Assembly (NCBI GenBank): GCA_025603075.1
Contig: MU626403.1
Span: forward strand, 1-49,540
Length of the DNA stretch: 49,540 nt
Source: Neoconidiobolus thromboides FSU 785
Taxonomy: Eukaryota > Fungi > Entomophthoromycota
Direction: 5' to 3'
This document shows positions 23,251 to 37,983 of this stretch, piece after piece. Under the pieces are notes generated by a model. That model was not told the origin of the DNA, searched no databases, and saw only the letters and a list, made by a program, of their open reading frames with translations. How positions within the stretch are numbered: the stretch's first letter is position 1; each line of letters begins with the position of its first letter. The translations under genes were made by a program, and so were the position numbers.

Positions 23251-24776
23251 ATTGTTTGAAATGTTTCAGTATAAGTCCATGTATAGAAAAATCAGTAATC
23301 TCCGATTGTAACAATAAACTTTTATTGACAGTAAAGATAATTTTACTATAAACTCATTGATGGTGTTGCAACCAATAGTTAGCTATTTTTTAGTATACAT
23401 GAATTTGTACTGTAACATTTCGAACAATCTAATGTTAATTAAGGGTTGCTTTTAAGTTGAACGGATGTATCTATCTTAACTGCTTAGCAGGCCAACCATC
23501 ATCCTTTTTAAAAGGGTATACAATTTATATAACTCATATACTTTTTAATTAAATTCAAGCATCCATCACCCTTTTTAGACTATTAACTGACTATTGATTT
23601 TGGGTGTGGATCTAAGTATCTTTGCTCAATTTATCACAGTTAAGGTAACCTAATAACTATAATTGTTGAGAATTAAATGCTTGGCATTTTTTCGAAAAAA
23701 ACGCATAGTAAATTTAAATTATGCTCAATTATTGCTAAATTCCAGTAGTTCCAACTCTTTTGCGAAACTCTTAACTATTTATTTAAGAGCAAAATCGATG
23801 TATAAATTCTAAAAAAAATAAAGAACCTAGGCATTAAAAAATTAGATAAACAATTTAATGTAAAAAATAGCACTAATTCGCAAAAGAGTTAGAACAGCTG
23901 AAATGGATTTTTATATGAAATCTGGCATCCCTTTTCATCACAAACAAATAAACTAGAGTACAAGTATGAAAATAAAAGTAAAAATAAATTAAATAACACA
24001 TGTGTAGGAATTTTGTTAACAATTGTTAATTTAGGACATGACCATCCTAATACTTAATTCAAGTAAAGATTAATTTCAAATATTCAAAGCTTACATTTAA
24101 TTGAATAATCAAACTGGAACAGAATTGAGAAGAACATTAATAAAAGCTTAGAAATCAAAAAAACTACCAATATTTCTTGTAGTACTGTTTAAAACTATAC
24201 AAAACTAGAATGGTAAGTTTGAAAAAAAGAACCAATGAAATATAATTAATATATAATTACTTAGTTACGTTGTACTATTGTACTCTCTTTTAAAGATCCA
24301 ACTTGACTTTTATTCTAATGAATTTTCGAGTTCAATCCCTTTAAAAATTTCATTTATTAAATATTCATATTAATAACAAATGTTACACTAAAACTTATAG
24401 TTTCATTGTTCACAGCTATAGATTCAATAGTAAATTAACAAAGTAATTACTTAGTTCAGTAAAAAATAGATATTAATAACTAAATAAAGCTATAATTCTA
24501 CTAAAGTACCTTGAGATCTCTAGTTGTGTTATGTATATAGATGATATCATCATAAAAGCAAGACTGCCTTAAAAGGTACAACATAATTTAAGCTATAAGC
24601 CCATTAACAAAAATCCAAGCTACACCCAGAAAAACTATTAGAGTTTGATTACTAATAATAGTAATGTTGTAGTAGGTAGGTTTTATTAAGCGTAACCAAT
24701 CAAACAGTATAAAATCTAGTTTAAGGCAAATTTATAAACCAAAAAGTTAAACAAGGAAAAGTATTTTTATCTTACA

Positions 24777-25996
24777 ATGGAGATAAAAAATTCAATTCAA
24801 GATATCTATCGTGAAAGTAGCCATATGTCTTTATCTGAAAATAATGAAGATTATTCTTTAAATCAAGAATCGAATGGTAATAGTTCGATTAATTACACTG
24901 AAGACAAAGAAAGTAAGTTTTATTCAATAATAGTTTGCTCTATAATTAATATTTCTAAATAAAATAGCTTCTACAAGTAATAAACCAAGTAAAAAACCAG
25001 GTCGTAAAATTGATGATTCAGAGCCAGTTTCCGTGAGTTTGTTTAAAACCATTTATTTCAAAATTATTAATACTTTAAATATAGAAACGACTAGCACAAA
25101 ACCGAGCAGCTCAAAAAGCGTTCCGTGAACGTCGAGAAAATTTTGTACGTTCATTACAAGAAAAAGTCAAAGCATTAGAAGAAGCCAATAAATTAACTCA
25201 AGAAGAGAATAATACTTTATTAAATTCGATTAAAATTTTAGAGCAAGCTAATCAACAGTTGAAAACGAGTAATAACAATACTACTCAAGAATTTAACCCA
25301 AATCTTGCTAGTCAACCATTTCCTTCTTTAAATAATGGGTTTAATAGTGGTTTCAATATGTTCAATTATGACACTGCCGCTCCATTTCAACAAAATTTCA
25401 GTCCAGATTTGAATTACTTAATTCCCAATAACCCAGCTTTGACCACTACTAGTATTAATAATAATCCCATCAATGTAGCAACTAATTTAAGTCCATTGAT
25501 TGATCCTAATATGATTTATAACCTGCCTGTTAATAATGAAAATTTAATGGCTGGTGATGAGTATCTTTTCCCTGAGTTCCCTAACTTTCCTTCTCTTGAT
25601 AACTCAAACCTTAATAACCCAACAAAACAAGATAACGTATATATGCCTCAATTAACCTCCCCTGAATTTCACTCTAGTATGAATCCATTGACACCTCCAT
25701 CCAATAACACCCATACTTCGACTACACCAGAACCCAGTAGAATAAGCATTGAACAAATCGATAAGACCATAATGCCAGGCGTTAGTGCCTATGATTTAAT
25801 GAAACCAGATCGACCACCACCAACAAAAGAAGAATTACTTCAATTAGCGGCTAAACATAAAATTGTTATGGATAAGTTAAAAGCAGAAACTTATACCATT
25901 GATGAACTATGTGAAGCTTTAAAAAAGAAAGCCACTTGTTCTGCAGTCCGTGGGTTTTTATCAGCTTATTTAGGGGAGGATTTTGATAAGAATTAA
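24777..25996 (+). CDS. Yap1/Pap1-like AP-1 bZIP transcription factor (paralog 2), 2 introns
   Basis: KKPGRKIDDSEPVS|KRLAQNRAAQKAFRERRE; C-terminal TIDELCEALKKKATCS; intron just before the basic region at the same position as in paralog 1. Confidence 0.88.
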
Positions 25997-26418
25997 GGCA
26001 AGTCTTCTATCAGGCGAAGCTTGGTTGTTTATTATCATTATCCTTTTTTTATTAGCTTTTCTTAAATGCTTCTTTTTGTGGAACGTTAAAATATACCTTA
26101 TACGTATATTTCTCTTTTTTTTAATTAACCTAAATAAAGTATAAAAATGGAAGTTTATGGTTTTTTAAATTTTAATTTTAATTTTAATTTACTCTTCTAA
26201 TTTGAACCAAGCTGTCAATGTTATTAATAATCATAGTATAGAGTACATGTAAGTTTTATGATATTGTATATATGGCTATAAGTATAATAAAAAACAAGAA
26301 ATGAACTATTAAAATAACAATAATAACAATTTAGTTTATAAATCAAAATTTTGATGATTTACTTTTATATACGTATTTAAAAAATTATTTTAGTAATTCA
26401 CATTGAGCTATTAGAATA

Positions 26419-26553
26419 TAGGGATGTTTTTTTTGATTTTATTACTTTTTCCATCCTTTAAGCACTATTTGAGCGGAAATTTAACCAACAATTTCTCCAC
26501 TCAAACAATATTAAAAAATAGAAAAAGTAATGGAGCTTAAAAAAATACTCCCA
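26419..26553. mobile_element. Palindromic hybrid MITE (copy F): two right halves back to back
   Basis: Left arm gggatgttttttttgattttattactttttccatcctttaagcactatttgagcggaaat; right arm atttctccactcaaacaatattaaaaaatagaaaaagtaatggagcttaaaaaaatactccca. Confidence 0.75.
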
Positions 26554-26654
26554 TGTAGTATATAGTATCTTCTTTTGTAATTTAAACATTTTTATTAATA
26601 TTTCTGATTTATGAATTTAACTAGTTCTAATTTATTTTTTAACGAAATATGTAT

Positions 26655-26696
26655 TAAATATAAATATAAATATAAATATAAATATAAATATAAATA
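26655..26696. repeat. (TAAATA)7 microsatellite
   Basis: Seven perfect units counted directly. Confidence 0.95.
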
Positions 26697-26951
26697 TGTT
26701 TTATCAACTTTTTAATACTTTGATATATTATTTATGCTAATTTAATTAATTTATATTTAAATTAAGTACTAAAATTAATTTTTTTTTAAAGAATACTGAA
26801 ATATTTCAAACCAATTTACTTTTATTACTTTATTCTTCCTTTTTTTCTTGCTATAACTATACTTCTTTACAAAAGGTTGTAAATGCCATACTAATCATAG
26901 AAACATTTAATAACTTGTTTTACTTCTAAACCAAATACTCTTCACTTCAAT

Positions 26952-29061
26952 CTACCACATGAACCTTTGTAGTATACCAGGTTCCGATGGCCAATAAAAA
27001 GGTTTAAATAAAAACAAATAAGCAATGCATAGATTTGATATTAAATACATTGTTAATTCCGTTATTACTTTGTACCAATTCAATCGTCTCTTGTTCTGTA
27101 ATAAAACAATCCTTAAAAATAGAAAAGGTAATATAAAATATCTTAATTCTAATAATGGGGATGGAATTAAAGATAAACTAATTGTACAAAAATAACCAAA
27201 CCATAATAAAAAGGGTTTAGTTGATGGAAGGTATTGTGTTTGATACCATGAATAGATTAAGAAATGATATAATGGGGCATAAAGATAAGGTAACAATGGA
27301 TGATATCGAAATAGGTTTTTCCAAATATAAAACGAAATGTGTCGATTATCACTTAATAAAAAGGGGTGGTGTATGCTATTTACAAGTTTGGGTTAGTTTT
27401 CTTTAGTGGTATGTTATAAATGAATGTCAATACTTACGTAAACTTATGAATAATTAGTAAAATTACAAATAATGAGATTAAATTTAATAGCATTATTTTA
27501 AAACTAAATCGAATAGATAAATTGAGTATATTTTTTATATTAAATAAATCAAATGAACTACTTACCTTTTAAAAAAACTACGGATATATTGTGAAAAATG
27601 ATTTAAAATAGAAGACATACTGAGACTAGTTAATAGATATGGCCATAATAAAGTGGATGTAAAAGTTAAAAAATAAAATAATTGTGTAAAATGTAAAGTT
27701 GGAATATGGTTCGATTTATCTCCTAACATCAACAAATCAATAAACAATAAAATGATAAATTGTAATAAATTCTACCTAAAACTATTCCCTTATTCCAAAG
27801 TATAAATGAAGCAAATGAAAACAATATTAAACTATATGGTAATATTACATTAAAACATAAATTAATAAAATTTTGTTTTAACATTTCAATTACTTTTGGT
27901 AATAATTGAATCTTTCTATCTATTAATATAATAAAACAAAACCATTTGTTATTAAAAATATTAAAAATATTAAAAATAGAACTAAAATCTTACCGCCATC
28001 TTTAAAAAATTCACTTGGTTTATTCAATAATAATTTCGTTACTCCTTCTTTATCTTTATTTTTATTTTCTTTAACAATTTTATTATTATCTAATTTATTA
28101 ACTTCTAAACAAATTGCAAATATCATAATAAATAACATCCAAATAATATTTGTTTGCCGAACTGTTAATGATAATAATCCTAACTAATATTAAAATTTAA
28201 TTTGATAATTATAGAAAAATAATATAAATAAACAAACAAATAATTATTACCAAATTGTTCCACCAATGATAGTTATATAATGATAATAGAAATGATAATA
28301 AAATAATAATAGTTGACAATGTGTCTGTATAGTATAAATGATGATAAAAAAAATTAATTGGAAATAAACTTATTGTAAATGTTATTAATGATAATAATTT
28401 GTCATTCTTTTCTGCTTCTTTGTTTTTTATATTAAATTGATAATCTATTGTTTTTAATAAAACAGCTATTATGAAGTATAATTTTAATCCCAGGATTACA
28501 TTAAATAACCTTAAACTCATTATATTACAATTAAATATATACGCGAAGGGTAATGTTAATAAATATCTATTTTAAAAATAGTATAGATTAATAAAACAAA
28601 TAAAAATATACTAAAGATTACTTACAGTCCAGGTGGGGTTGTCAATTTTGGATCATAATTTGTGTAATTCCCATTGCAATACTTTTGTACTTGAGGTATA
28701 TGAAATATTTCATCCATATAAGGTAGACTTAAATTTTGATTTATAAGATAATGAAAACTTAAAGATAGAAAAGTATAGATTATAAAATAAAACAAATGAT
28801 ATCGATTTGTTAATGTCTCTTGAATCACTTTTGATAAACCTGGAAGCGAAAGTGGATTTAATGAGATTGAGTTGTCTTGATCTGAGTTTTTTAAATTTTA
28901 TTATTAATTTTTATTTTAATTAAAGATTAATATAGATTACCATTTAATATTCTATCTAATGAAATCCCAGGATCTGAATAAGCCATTGAAATATCTTTAG
29001 ATTCTAATAATAAATTAGTTTTATCAATCTCCCCGTACCTTTCTTTGGATCGTTTTTTCAT
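26952..29061 (-). CDS. ALG10: Alpha-1,2-glucosyltransferase Alg10/Die2, multi-exon
   Basis: PYMDEIFHIPQVQKYC, DPKLTTPPG|LY, LYYTD, RQTNIIW, GIVL|GDKSNH, HPFLLSDNRH, SPLLELRYFILP, FMW*. Start at 29061 inferred via an extra 5' exon. Confidence 0.9.
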
Positions 29062-29190
29062 CTCTTATTAATTAAAAGTAAAATGTAATTCTAAGAATTC
29101 TTGATTTAATTGAAGTTTTTAATGAGTGATCAGATTTTATCGAAAAATTTTAATGTTACTTCTTTTTATAGGCTGAGAGAGCTATCAATT

Positions 29191-29285
29191 TGTAATGTTT
29201 TTTGATTTCATCACTTTCTCCCTTTTCAAACGCTATTTGAGTGGAAAGATTGCTAGTAAAATTCTTAAATAAAAAAAGGTTGTAA
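29191..29285 (-). mobile_element. Degenerate MITE-like element (copy G)
   Basis: ttttttgatttcatcactttctcccttttcaaacgctatttgagtggaaagattgctagtaaaattcttaaataaaaaaa matches the reverse core; TIR tips lost. Confidence 0.7.
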
Positions 29286-30604
29286 TATAAGTAATGTATT
29301 AAAGCCTATTTGTATATGTAATAATCTAAATAGAAGTTAATCATCATTATCAATGATTCATTATATAGTTATTAAAACATTAAAATTAGAAGTCAAAGTT
29401 AATATTCCGTTATCACATAAGTGTTATAGAATTAAGTGGCTTATTTCAAAATATAACTAATCACTTTTCTATTCTAAAAAACACTCTAAAATAAACTTTG
29501 AATTAATTTCAATCTATGGATTTCAACCCCTCTCTGTCTCAATTCTCGTCTATATAGTTTTAGCTATAATATGTATATATAAAGCCCATCAGTTAATTCT
29601 TCTATTCCCATCTAAAAATCCTTAATTAAAAAATTCAATATCAGTAGCTTTTTTATCTCCGTCATATACATTAATAATAATTAAATTTTAGTATTAGTAT
29701 CTTTTAGTCTTAACTAACTTATCGAATTTAATACAACTAACAAATCAAATGTCGTTTAGATTATATATAAGTTTAAGTAGAATGTATTAGATGTTAAGGG
29801 TTGTTGTGAATAGATAGTTCATATTGATAGGTGATCTAAGTTTATAGCTGATTTCATGATAGAAAAATATTAAGTTATTACTATATGTATGAATAAACGA
29901 TTGATTTGTTTTTGACATTACACATATTCCATTAAATTAGCTGAATGTAAATAAATATACAAAGGTTTATTAACTATTAAATACAAGGCTTTATGTTTCA
30001 AGGAAATTCATAGCAAAACTTAAATAAATTTTTACTTTATTTCAAACTCTTAGGTATTTTTATTATTGTTCTAGATGTAAAAAATAGAATATTAGTATTT
30101 ATTCTTAATTTGATTTAATTGTCTTGAAATTCATAATCTGTACACACAGCTCTATTCTATTAATATCCTTTTAATACTTAGTACAACCTTATAGATTTAA
30201 ACTAAATTCTTAGGTCAAATTAGTTAATACTGAAAAATTATCTATGTATCATCTCATTAAAATAAGTATGTTAAATGATATTAATAAATTTAAATTAGCA
30301 AATCCTATATGGTATTTATATTGTATTAAAACAGAAGGAAACTTAGCTTAAAAACCATTATTCAAAGAGTAATACTAAACGGTTAAAAAAAATAAAACGC
30401 AACAGAACATCACTTAAAAACAAACAATAAGCCACATAAAATTGGAGTAAACATTCAATCAAAAAGGTACATTCCAAAATAAAAAATTATCTTTATTTAT
30501 AACGTTCCATAAATATCCATTATAAGACTTTCGACATAGAGAGAGATTGTAGTAGTGTAAATTGATTTTAATCGCTTAAAGCTTTTTTATGAAAAAACTT
30601 CAAT

Positions 30605-31384
<780 letters not shown>

Positions 31385-32475
31385 ACTTTATTATTTTTAT
31401 TATTTTATCCTTGAAAAATGAAGTAGAGATTAGTAAAAATGTTCAAGTGAAAAAAAATTAGTTGAAATTATAAATTAAGTTAAGTTTTAGCTTATCAGTT
31501 GATGTTAGCTTAATGTTTCATCCAATTACTTAAGTTGATTCAAGATTCTATCCAATTAAATTAACCTAACTAATGAATTCTTAGAAAACTATCGTTTTAT
31601 TGATCAGCCAATTAAAGCTGGTTATTTAACTTAAAAAGAAGGAACAAATTGTTAAATATTGAATTTTAATTAATGAGTTAATTGAAATATTAATGTAAAT
31701 GTTAAGCATTAGTAATTATAATAAACATATGTAACATTATTATTGTAATTGAACTATTTTATTGATTTTAAGCATGTATAAAATTACATATATATATTGA
31801 ACAATTGAATAATTGAAGAAACCGTTAATTGTTTAAGTTGTATGCTAAATTCCAAATTGGGTAGTCAATTCAATGTAACTATTAATTGGAATAAGTTATT
31901 GAGTAAGAGAGGAGATTTTTAACCCTCAAAAAAAAAGTTGGAAATTGGCCGAATAAATTAAGTTGAGGCAAAGGAAATTTTAAAAGCTTGAATCAACTTA
32001 ACTGATAGGGAAACAATTGATCTTCTTATTTATAATAATACTCAAATATAATAAAAATACCTTAAAATTGTCTAAATTATATAGTCGCAAAAGGTGATAA
32101 TTCCAGATCACTATAGTATATTCTTGTTAAGTGGCAAAAAAAATTCGATTTTTTTAGACGTTGAAAAAAATTGTTAGACTAAGGAATTGAGATGTTTTTA
32201 TAGTTTTTTATTATTTTCTATTATATTGTTATTAGTTTTAAACAATTTAATTTATTTGGCTATTTAGTAACTATAGTTTTATTAATAATCTCAATTTAAT
32301 AAAACCTTATACAAATGATACATTGGCGAAGCATTTGTTCCACTTGTTTATCTCTTAGCCGATAGTTTCATTTTAATTTTTTAGATTTTTTTGTTTAATT
32401 TCGATTATCGTTAGGCTATGGAAAAACTTAAAATTTGTTTAATTCTAGATTTGTATACATCTCATCACCAGTTTA

Positions 32476-32509
32476 TTTTTTACTTTTTACTTTTTACTTT
32501 TACTTTTTA
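32476..32509. repeat. (TTTTTAC)n short tandem repeat, ~4 imperfect units
   Basis: ttttttactttttactttttacttttacttttta read directly. Confidence 0.8.
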
Positions 32510-33098
32510 AAACTTCTGAGAATTTGATAAAGACAACGTAATTTAAGGGGCGGGTCGATTGTTTGAGATTTTTTTTATTAAAATTAGATTTAACCTAAAT
32601 TTAAATCAAACTTAACGTTAAGATTGGGTATCTAAACCTAAAATGGTAAAAATCTATAAATTTAAGTTTTGTTATTTTAATTTTACTTAAAACAAGTCTA
32701 TAATTTAATCAAATGTATAAATTATTTCATAATTCGTTTTGTTAGTAATAAATTTATCCAAATTTTATTTAATAATTTTTCTTGATTTTATTAAACTAAG
32801 TTAAACTTAATAAATAAGCTAATCATTAAATAATATCTAAATTTCTATTAGAAAGCGCTATTTTCATTAAAACTAAAAAAACCAAAAAATATACTACTTC
32901 TAGTATTTATAAAATCCTTCACAGATACATAAAACCGTATAAACTAAAAAAAAGCTTTGTATATTAAAAATTTCATCTCAACTAAGGTATCTTCCACTTA
33001 AAAAAACAACTCATATCGATTTCAGCGATATTTCAACATCAAGCAATACAGTCTTCAAAAACTACTCACTTCAACTATAAACACTAACGCACCATACT

Positions 33099-36000
33099 CT
33101 AAAAATTACTTTCACTTAAAAGCTGTGATGTATTATAAGAAGCTGTAAATCCAGCTTCAGCACTATGACTATTATTATCAAACACTGGCGAATCCCACGA
33201 AAATAATGAGATGTTGGAAGAGCGATCGATTGGAGTACTAAAAGGACCTGAGATGCCACCACCAGAGCCAGTGGCTAATACCATTCGACTAGGATGGAAA
33301 TTTAAACTATAAATGGGTGCTATACGTTGACTTAATAGTAAACCAGAAGCCCCTTGATAATGGAAAGTGGTTCCAAGGTGTTGACCATCCATTGTATAGA
33401 CTGAAGCTCCATGTTGGGCTGTACCACTAAATAATTTTTTTTAAAAAATCATTGTTTAATTTAAAAAACTTACGTTGCTACTAAAGGTACTTGATCGTGA
33501 ACTGCAAACGATGTGATTCCTGTTTTATTCGTAAACGCTTGTAATGAAACATCTGATCTTAAATCCCATAGTTTGATTTCGCCAGCAGAACTATTTTTTC
33601 ATTAATTTATATATTGCTACAAATATTTTGGTCTTACCTAGCTGTAACCAATTCTCTTGAAGAAGCAAGTTGTAGATGACATCCTACTACAACTGAATGG
33701 TGTTCTCTCCAGCATCGAATCATACTGAAAATTTTTAAGTTTCAAAAAGTAAATAAAAAATCACTAAACATAAAATTACCTTTCTCTTGGTGGAAGTCTA
33801 CTATCATAAGCTCTGACTGAACCATCTTGGAATCCAGCAGTTAAAAAATAGCCCCCTACCCTATCCGAGGTAAGTGAAGTGATACCAATTGTTGAACGGG
33901 TGGGTAAGTCCTTTATATAAAGTTAATATTAGTTATCAAATAAAATAAATTTAAATACCATAGAAATTCTCTCTGAAGCCACATCCCAAATTCTAAGTGA
34001 AGACGGTTCTCCACCAACAATCAAGTTACCTTTAGATTGCTGCCATTCCATAACAATACTAGGATGAGATTGTTGAGGAGCAAAATGTTTTGGTAATTTG
34101 CGTGTACTTTGTAGTTCACTATGTGCTCTAAACCCAGAAACCAGTTTTGCTGATTCTGAATAATTCTGATAAAGGCTAACATTACCATCATTAGCTGCTA
34201 CTGCAAGAATAGCATCATCTTCTTCATTAATTAATTTTAAACTAGATACTCCAATTGAACCTGAATCAAAGATACGAAACTTATTAAGTCGAATAGATTC
34301 TTCCCAATTCCATACGCTAATATAATTCCTTTCATCTGAGGCTATTAATATATTATCATATCGATGAAAGAGTACGTTATTGGGTTGGTTTTCATTTTGT
34401 AAATTTTTAAATTCGGTAGTCCATCTAGTTTGGTTCGCTTTGGGATATTGTTGTTCAGTTTCAGTTACTACTTTATCATTTCTATACCTTCTCCATAATC
34501 TTTGATGGTACACCTTACTACCTGGCTCTTCATTTTCAGCCACGATTAAATGGGGCTCAATAAAACATTTTGCACACCAATCAAGATAGAATGATTTTAT
34601 GGTTGCTAATTCGGTCCCATTCACTTGCTCTGGTGTCGATAAAATCATAGATAGATCTGTATCTTCATTAATATTTAAATTTTGAATTGTGGATGTTAAT
34701 TGGTTTAAAGAAGACGATGAACCTTTGTCTTTTGAAACAGCTATTTCTGTATCACTAGTTGATCCGAAATTATATAAACTTCTTAATGAGTAGGATGCAG
34801 ATCTCCTAAGTGTATTAGCAAGTTGGGATCTCCTTGAGCCATTTGGCGGTTGTGGTGATAAATTTGGGCTGTTGAATGTACCAGAGTTTAAAGTAGGAGA
34901 TGATGGAGGCGTTAAATGTAATAATGAATTTGCAACTTTCTCAGAAACCTTAGTGGAGACCATAACATAATGAACTTGATCTACTACCGCTTGAGCAGCT
35001 TGAGCAATCTGAGGCATTGCATCTAAAGTTAAAATTAACAATAATTTCCAAATTAAATTATATATTAATTTATTTGAATCTTCTTCAGGATTATGATGTA
35101 AAGAATTTGTCTTGTCAGTTGTTTCTCTTTCATTTTCCGGTGTTGTATGTTTATGAGATACTTTAGAGCGATTTGGTTTTGGTGTTCCAGGTTGAGATTT
35201 ATCTTCTGTTGGCTTGGCTATAGTAAAAGAATCATCCTCTTCAATCGTTTCAAGTGCAATGGAAAGGAAATTGTCTTTATATCTATAAATAAACTGTGAA
35301 ATAAAAACTACCCATTCTTTTCTAACAATAGGTGAACCATCATTAGCAAGTGGAATTAAAGAAATAGCTATACTATGCTCTATATGTTGTATTTGATCTG
35401 ATTTATGTAACTCAATTTCAAACAAAGTTGACAAAGCATAGACTGCTGCCGCTCTAACCTCAGGTATTGGATCTCTTAATAGAGAAATCAAACTCTCATG
35501 AATTGAAAGTTCAAATGCTGCCCATTTAGCATCATCACATGACTTCCAAATTTGACCTAACATGATGCAGATCCATTGTCTTAAAATAGGATGATGGTCT
35601 GTAAAGTGATGAACAGCAATGCTTAAAATGTTATGCTTTAAGCAGGATTGCTTTCCAACTGGGAAATCTTTACAGAAAAAGGCTAAAATTACTGCACACT
35701 CAGCTCGATTTCTTGAGAGATCAGCAAACGAATGGATTGTATCAGGTTTAAGTAAATCTATAAAATACAGATACCCATTATCTTTAAGCAAGTCATTTTG
35801 ACATGAGTTATCGACTGGCATTATACGAGCCCAAATAAAAGTAAGGGAGGGTTTAAGCTCTACTGCTGGGGATTGAAGCAATTTTAGTACATATGGGAAA
35901 ATACCTACCAAAAGTGCAGCATTGATGGCCCATAATCCCAAATCAAAAAATTTACTAAGTAATTTTAAAGCTCTAGCTCGATGGATTTGTGATAATAAAA

Positions 36001-37354
36001 CTTGAAGGACAATAGGCAATTGTTCAGGCATATTCTGTTTTACTTGAGCTTGTGATAACCAAATTTCAAAAGCAGTTAATTGCTCAGTAAAAAAAGGACT
36101 ATTTTTATACTCAAAAGGCACTCCATTTTCTTCAGCAGCAGTTAAATCTGGTATTTGAGATAAACATAAATCCAAAGCCATGTCCCATGATTTCCAGAGT
36201 GGATGATTATGAGTTTCTGGAAGTTTTGGAACAGAGATAGGATGACATTTTAGTGTTCTCATAATACGATCAGCCAAAAGAAAGTTTCTAAAAAGGGCAG
36301 CCATCATCAAGTCCTGACGAAACAATTTAGTAAATAAAGAAGGAGGTAATAAAGACCAAGCTATAGTATCTGTTATTGATGTAAATACCCAACTTAAATC
36401 TCCAAGTGGAGTCCTACGATCATTTAGCCTTCCTGGTAGCTTTAATACCATTTCTGGAGTAACTTTGATCTTTAAAGGATTTCTAATCACAAACCATCGC
36501 ATTGCCATCTCGATAGGTGTCGTAAGACAAGATGAAAATAAATCTGCCGGCAAATCTGGACTCATAGGTAAAGTTTCATTGGCATCACAAGCTGCAAATT
36601 GAATAGTTTCATAAGCAGATGGGGGCTTTGAAAAACGTGAATCACTATTTAATCTATGTGATTCTTGCTCCCTCTGCTGATTAAAGCGTTTGAATGATTT
36701 AATAATGTTACCTGCTGAAGAACAATCATACACATACATACAAGGTGAGCCGAGCCATGATTGTAAATCAAGGATAGAAATGGGTATATATTGAGTGTAT
36801 GTTTTATTGAAAACCCAAATTTCACCACTGTTTGTAGGTTTAGGAACCCCATGGCCATTATAATGGAATAAGATCCTTTCATCTTTTGAGCTTCTTCTTA
36901 AAGAACAGCACAGCTTCTTAGTATCTTCAACAGTTGGGTCTAAAAATGGCTTATATCTAGCCCTTGGTTGCCAAACCTCATATTGTTGCTGAAGATTCTT
37001 ACTGATGGCATCCAAAGCTTTTGAAGCAGGAAGCGAGTATGGGTCTATCCAACATTCTAGTTTAGCACAAGGACTCGTTTTTACGACATCTGGGGGATCG
37101 ACGCCTATATTTAAACATAATACGAGGGCAACTGAAACCGTTTTTTGCTTATCGCCAAGCCTCCAATCTTGAATATTAATTTTTGGGTTACTTCCCTTTT
37201 CAATTCTGAACTCTTTGTTATATAGAGAATCATGCCTCTTCAAACAATAATATAGCCTAAAAAGGTTATCCATAAAGTCTAATTTTTCTTCTGGGGAGTC
37301 GTCTAAGCCATGCCTTGTGACTTGAATTGAATCTGAATGTGAGCTAGTGTCCAT
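33099..37354 (-). CDS. KOG1: TORC1 subunit Raptor/Kog1 (RNC, HEAT and WD40 domains)
   Basis: KTVSVALVLCLNIGVDPPD, ERILFHYNGHGVPKP, ADLFSSCLTTP, PIVLQVLLSQIHR. One ~3.4-kb first exon, then 4 GT-AG introns in the WD40 tail. Confidence 0.96.
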
Positions 37355-37983
37355 CTTTAAATATTAATTAAACAATGTTAGTTCCTGCTTAGTAATTAAG
37401 GTTGTGACATGAAAAATAAAAAATGATATTTTTATTTTTGATAAGGTTATAACTTAAATTTTAGTAAAATAAGATAACTGCGAATTTCAAATTTCTCAAA
37501 TTGACATAAATTTCGATAGCCTATGATTTAATATTAATTCTAGTTATATTAACCATAAAGTAATTTAAAGTTAGAGCAAATTAAAAATTATTTGATTATT
37601 TGATTATTTTTAACACCAATATAAACGTATCAAATATCTATTTAAGCAGTATAATTATTACTATTAAGAATTTTTACATAAGAAGAAGATTTTATATGTC
37701 TAGGTAGTACACAAAAGACAGTGAATTTAATCACTAATACTCTTTCGACAACTATACTAAGTTAATTAAACAGGAGTGCTACTCTTTTAACAAATATACC
37801 CTACTTGTTTGGCTTTTACTTTAAACAAATAGTACTTTCTAATATCAGATGGGTAATGTAATAAAATACAACTATTATGCTCGCTAAAGCAGGTGATTAG
37901 ATATAGTTTAAATAAAGCTTGAAAAGAATATATAATTTAAAAAAATACTACATAATTAGTAAGTCAATTTATTTTAAGACAAC

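Noticed and set aside
24325-24345. gagttcaatccc resembling a tRNA T-loop (also gagttcgaat near 910)
   Set aside because: No T-stem, acceptor stem or cloverleaf can be formed. No tRNA, rRNA or CRISPR array is supported anywhere in the window.
30160-30172. ATATCCTTT strings (also ~39721) resembling U12-type 5' splice sites
   Set aside because: Not inside any same-strand gene; the introns I traced are GT-AG, and such strings are expected by chance in AT-rich DNA.
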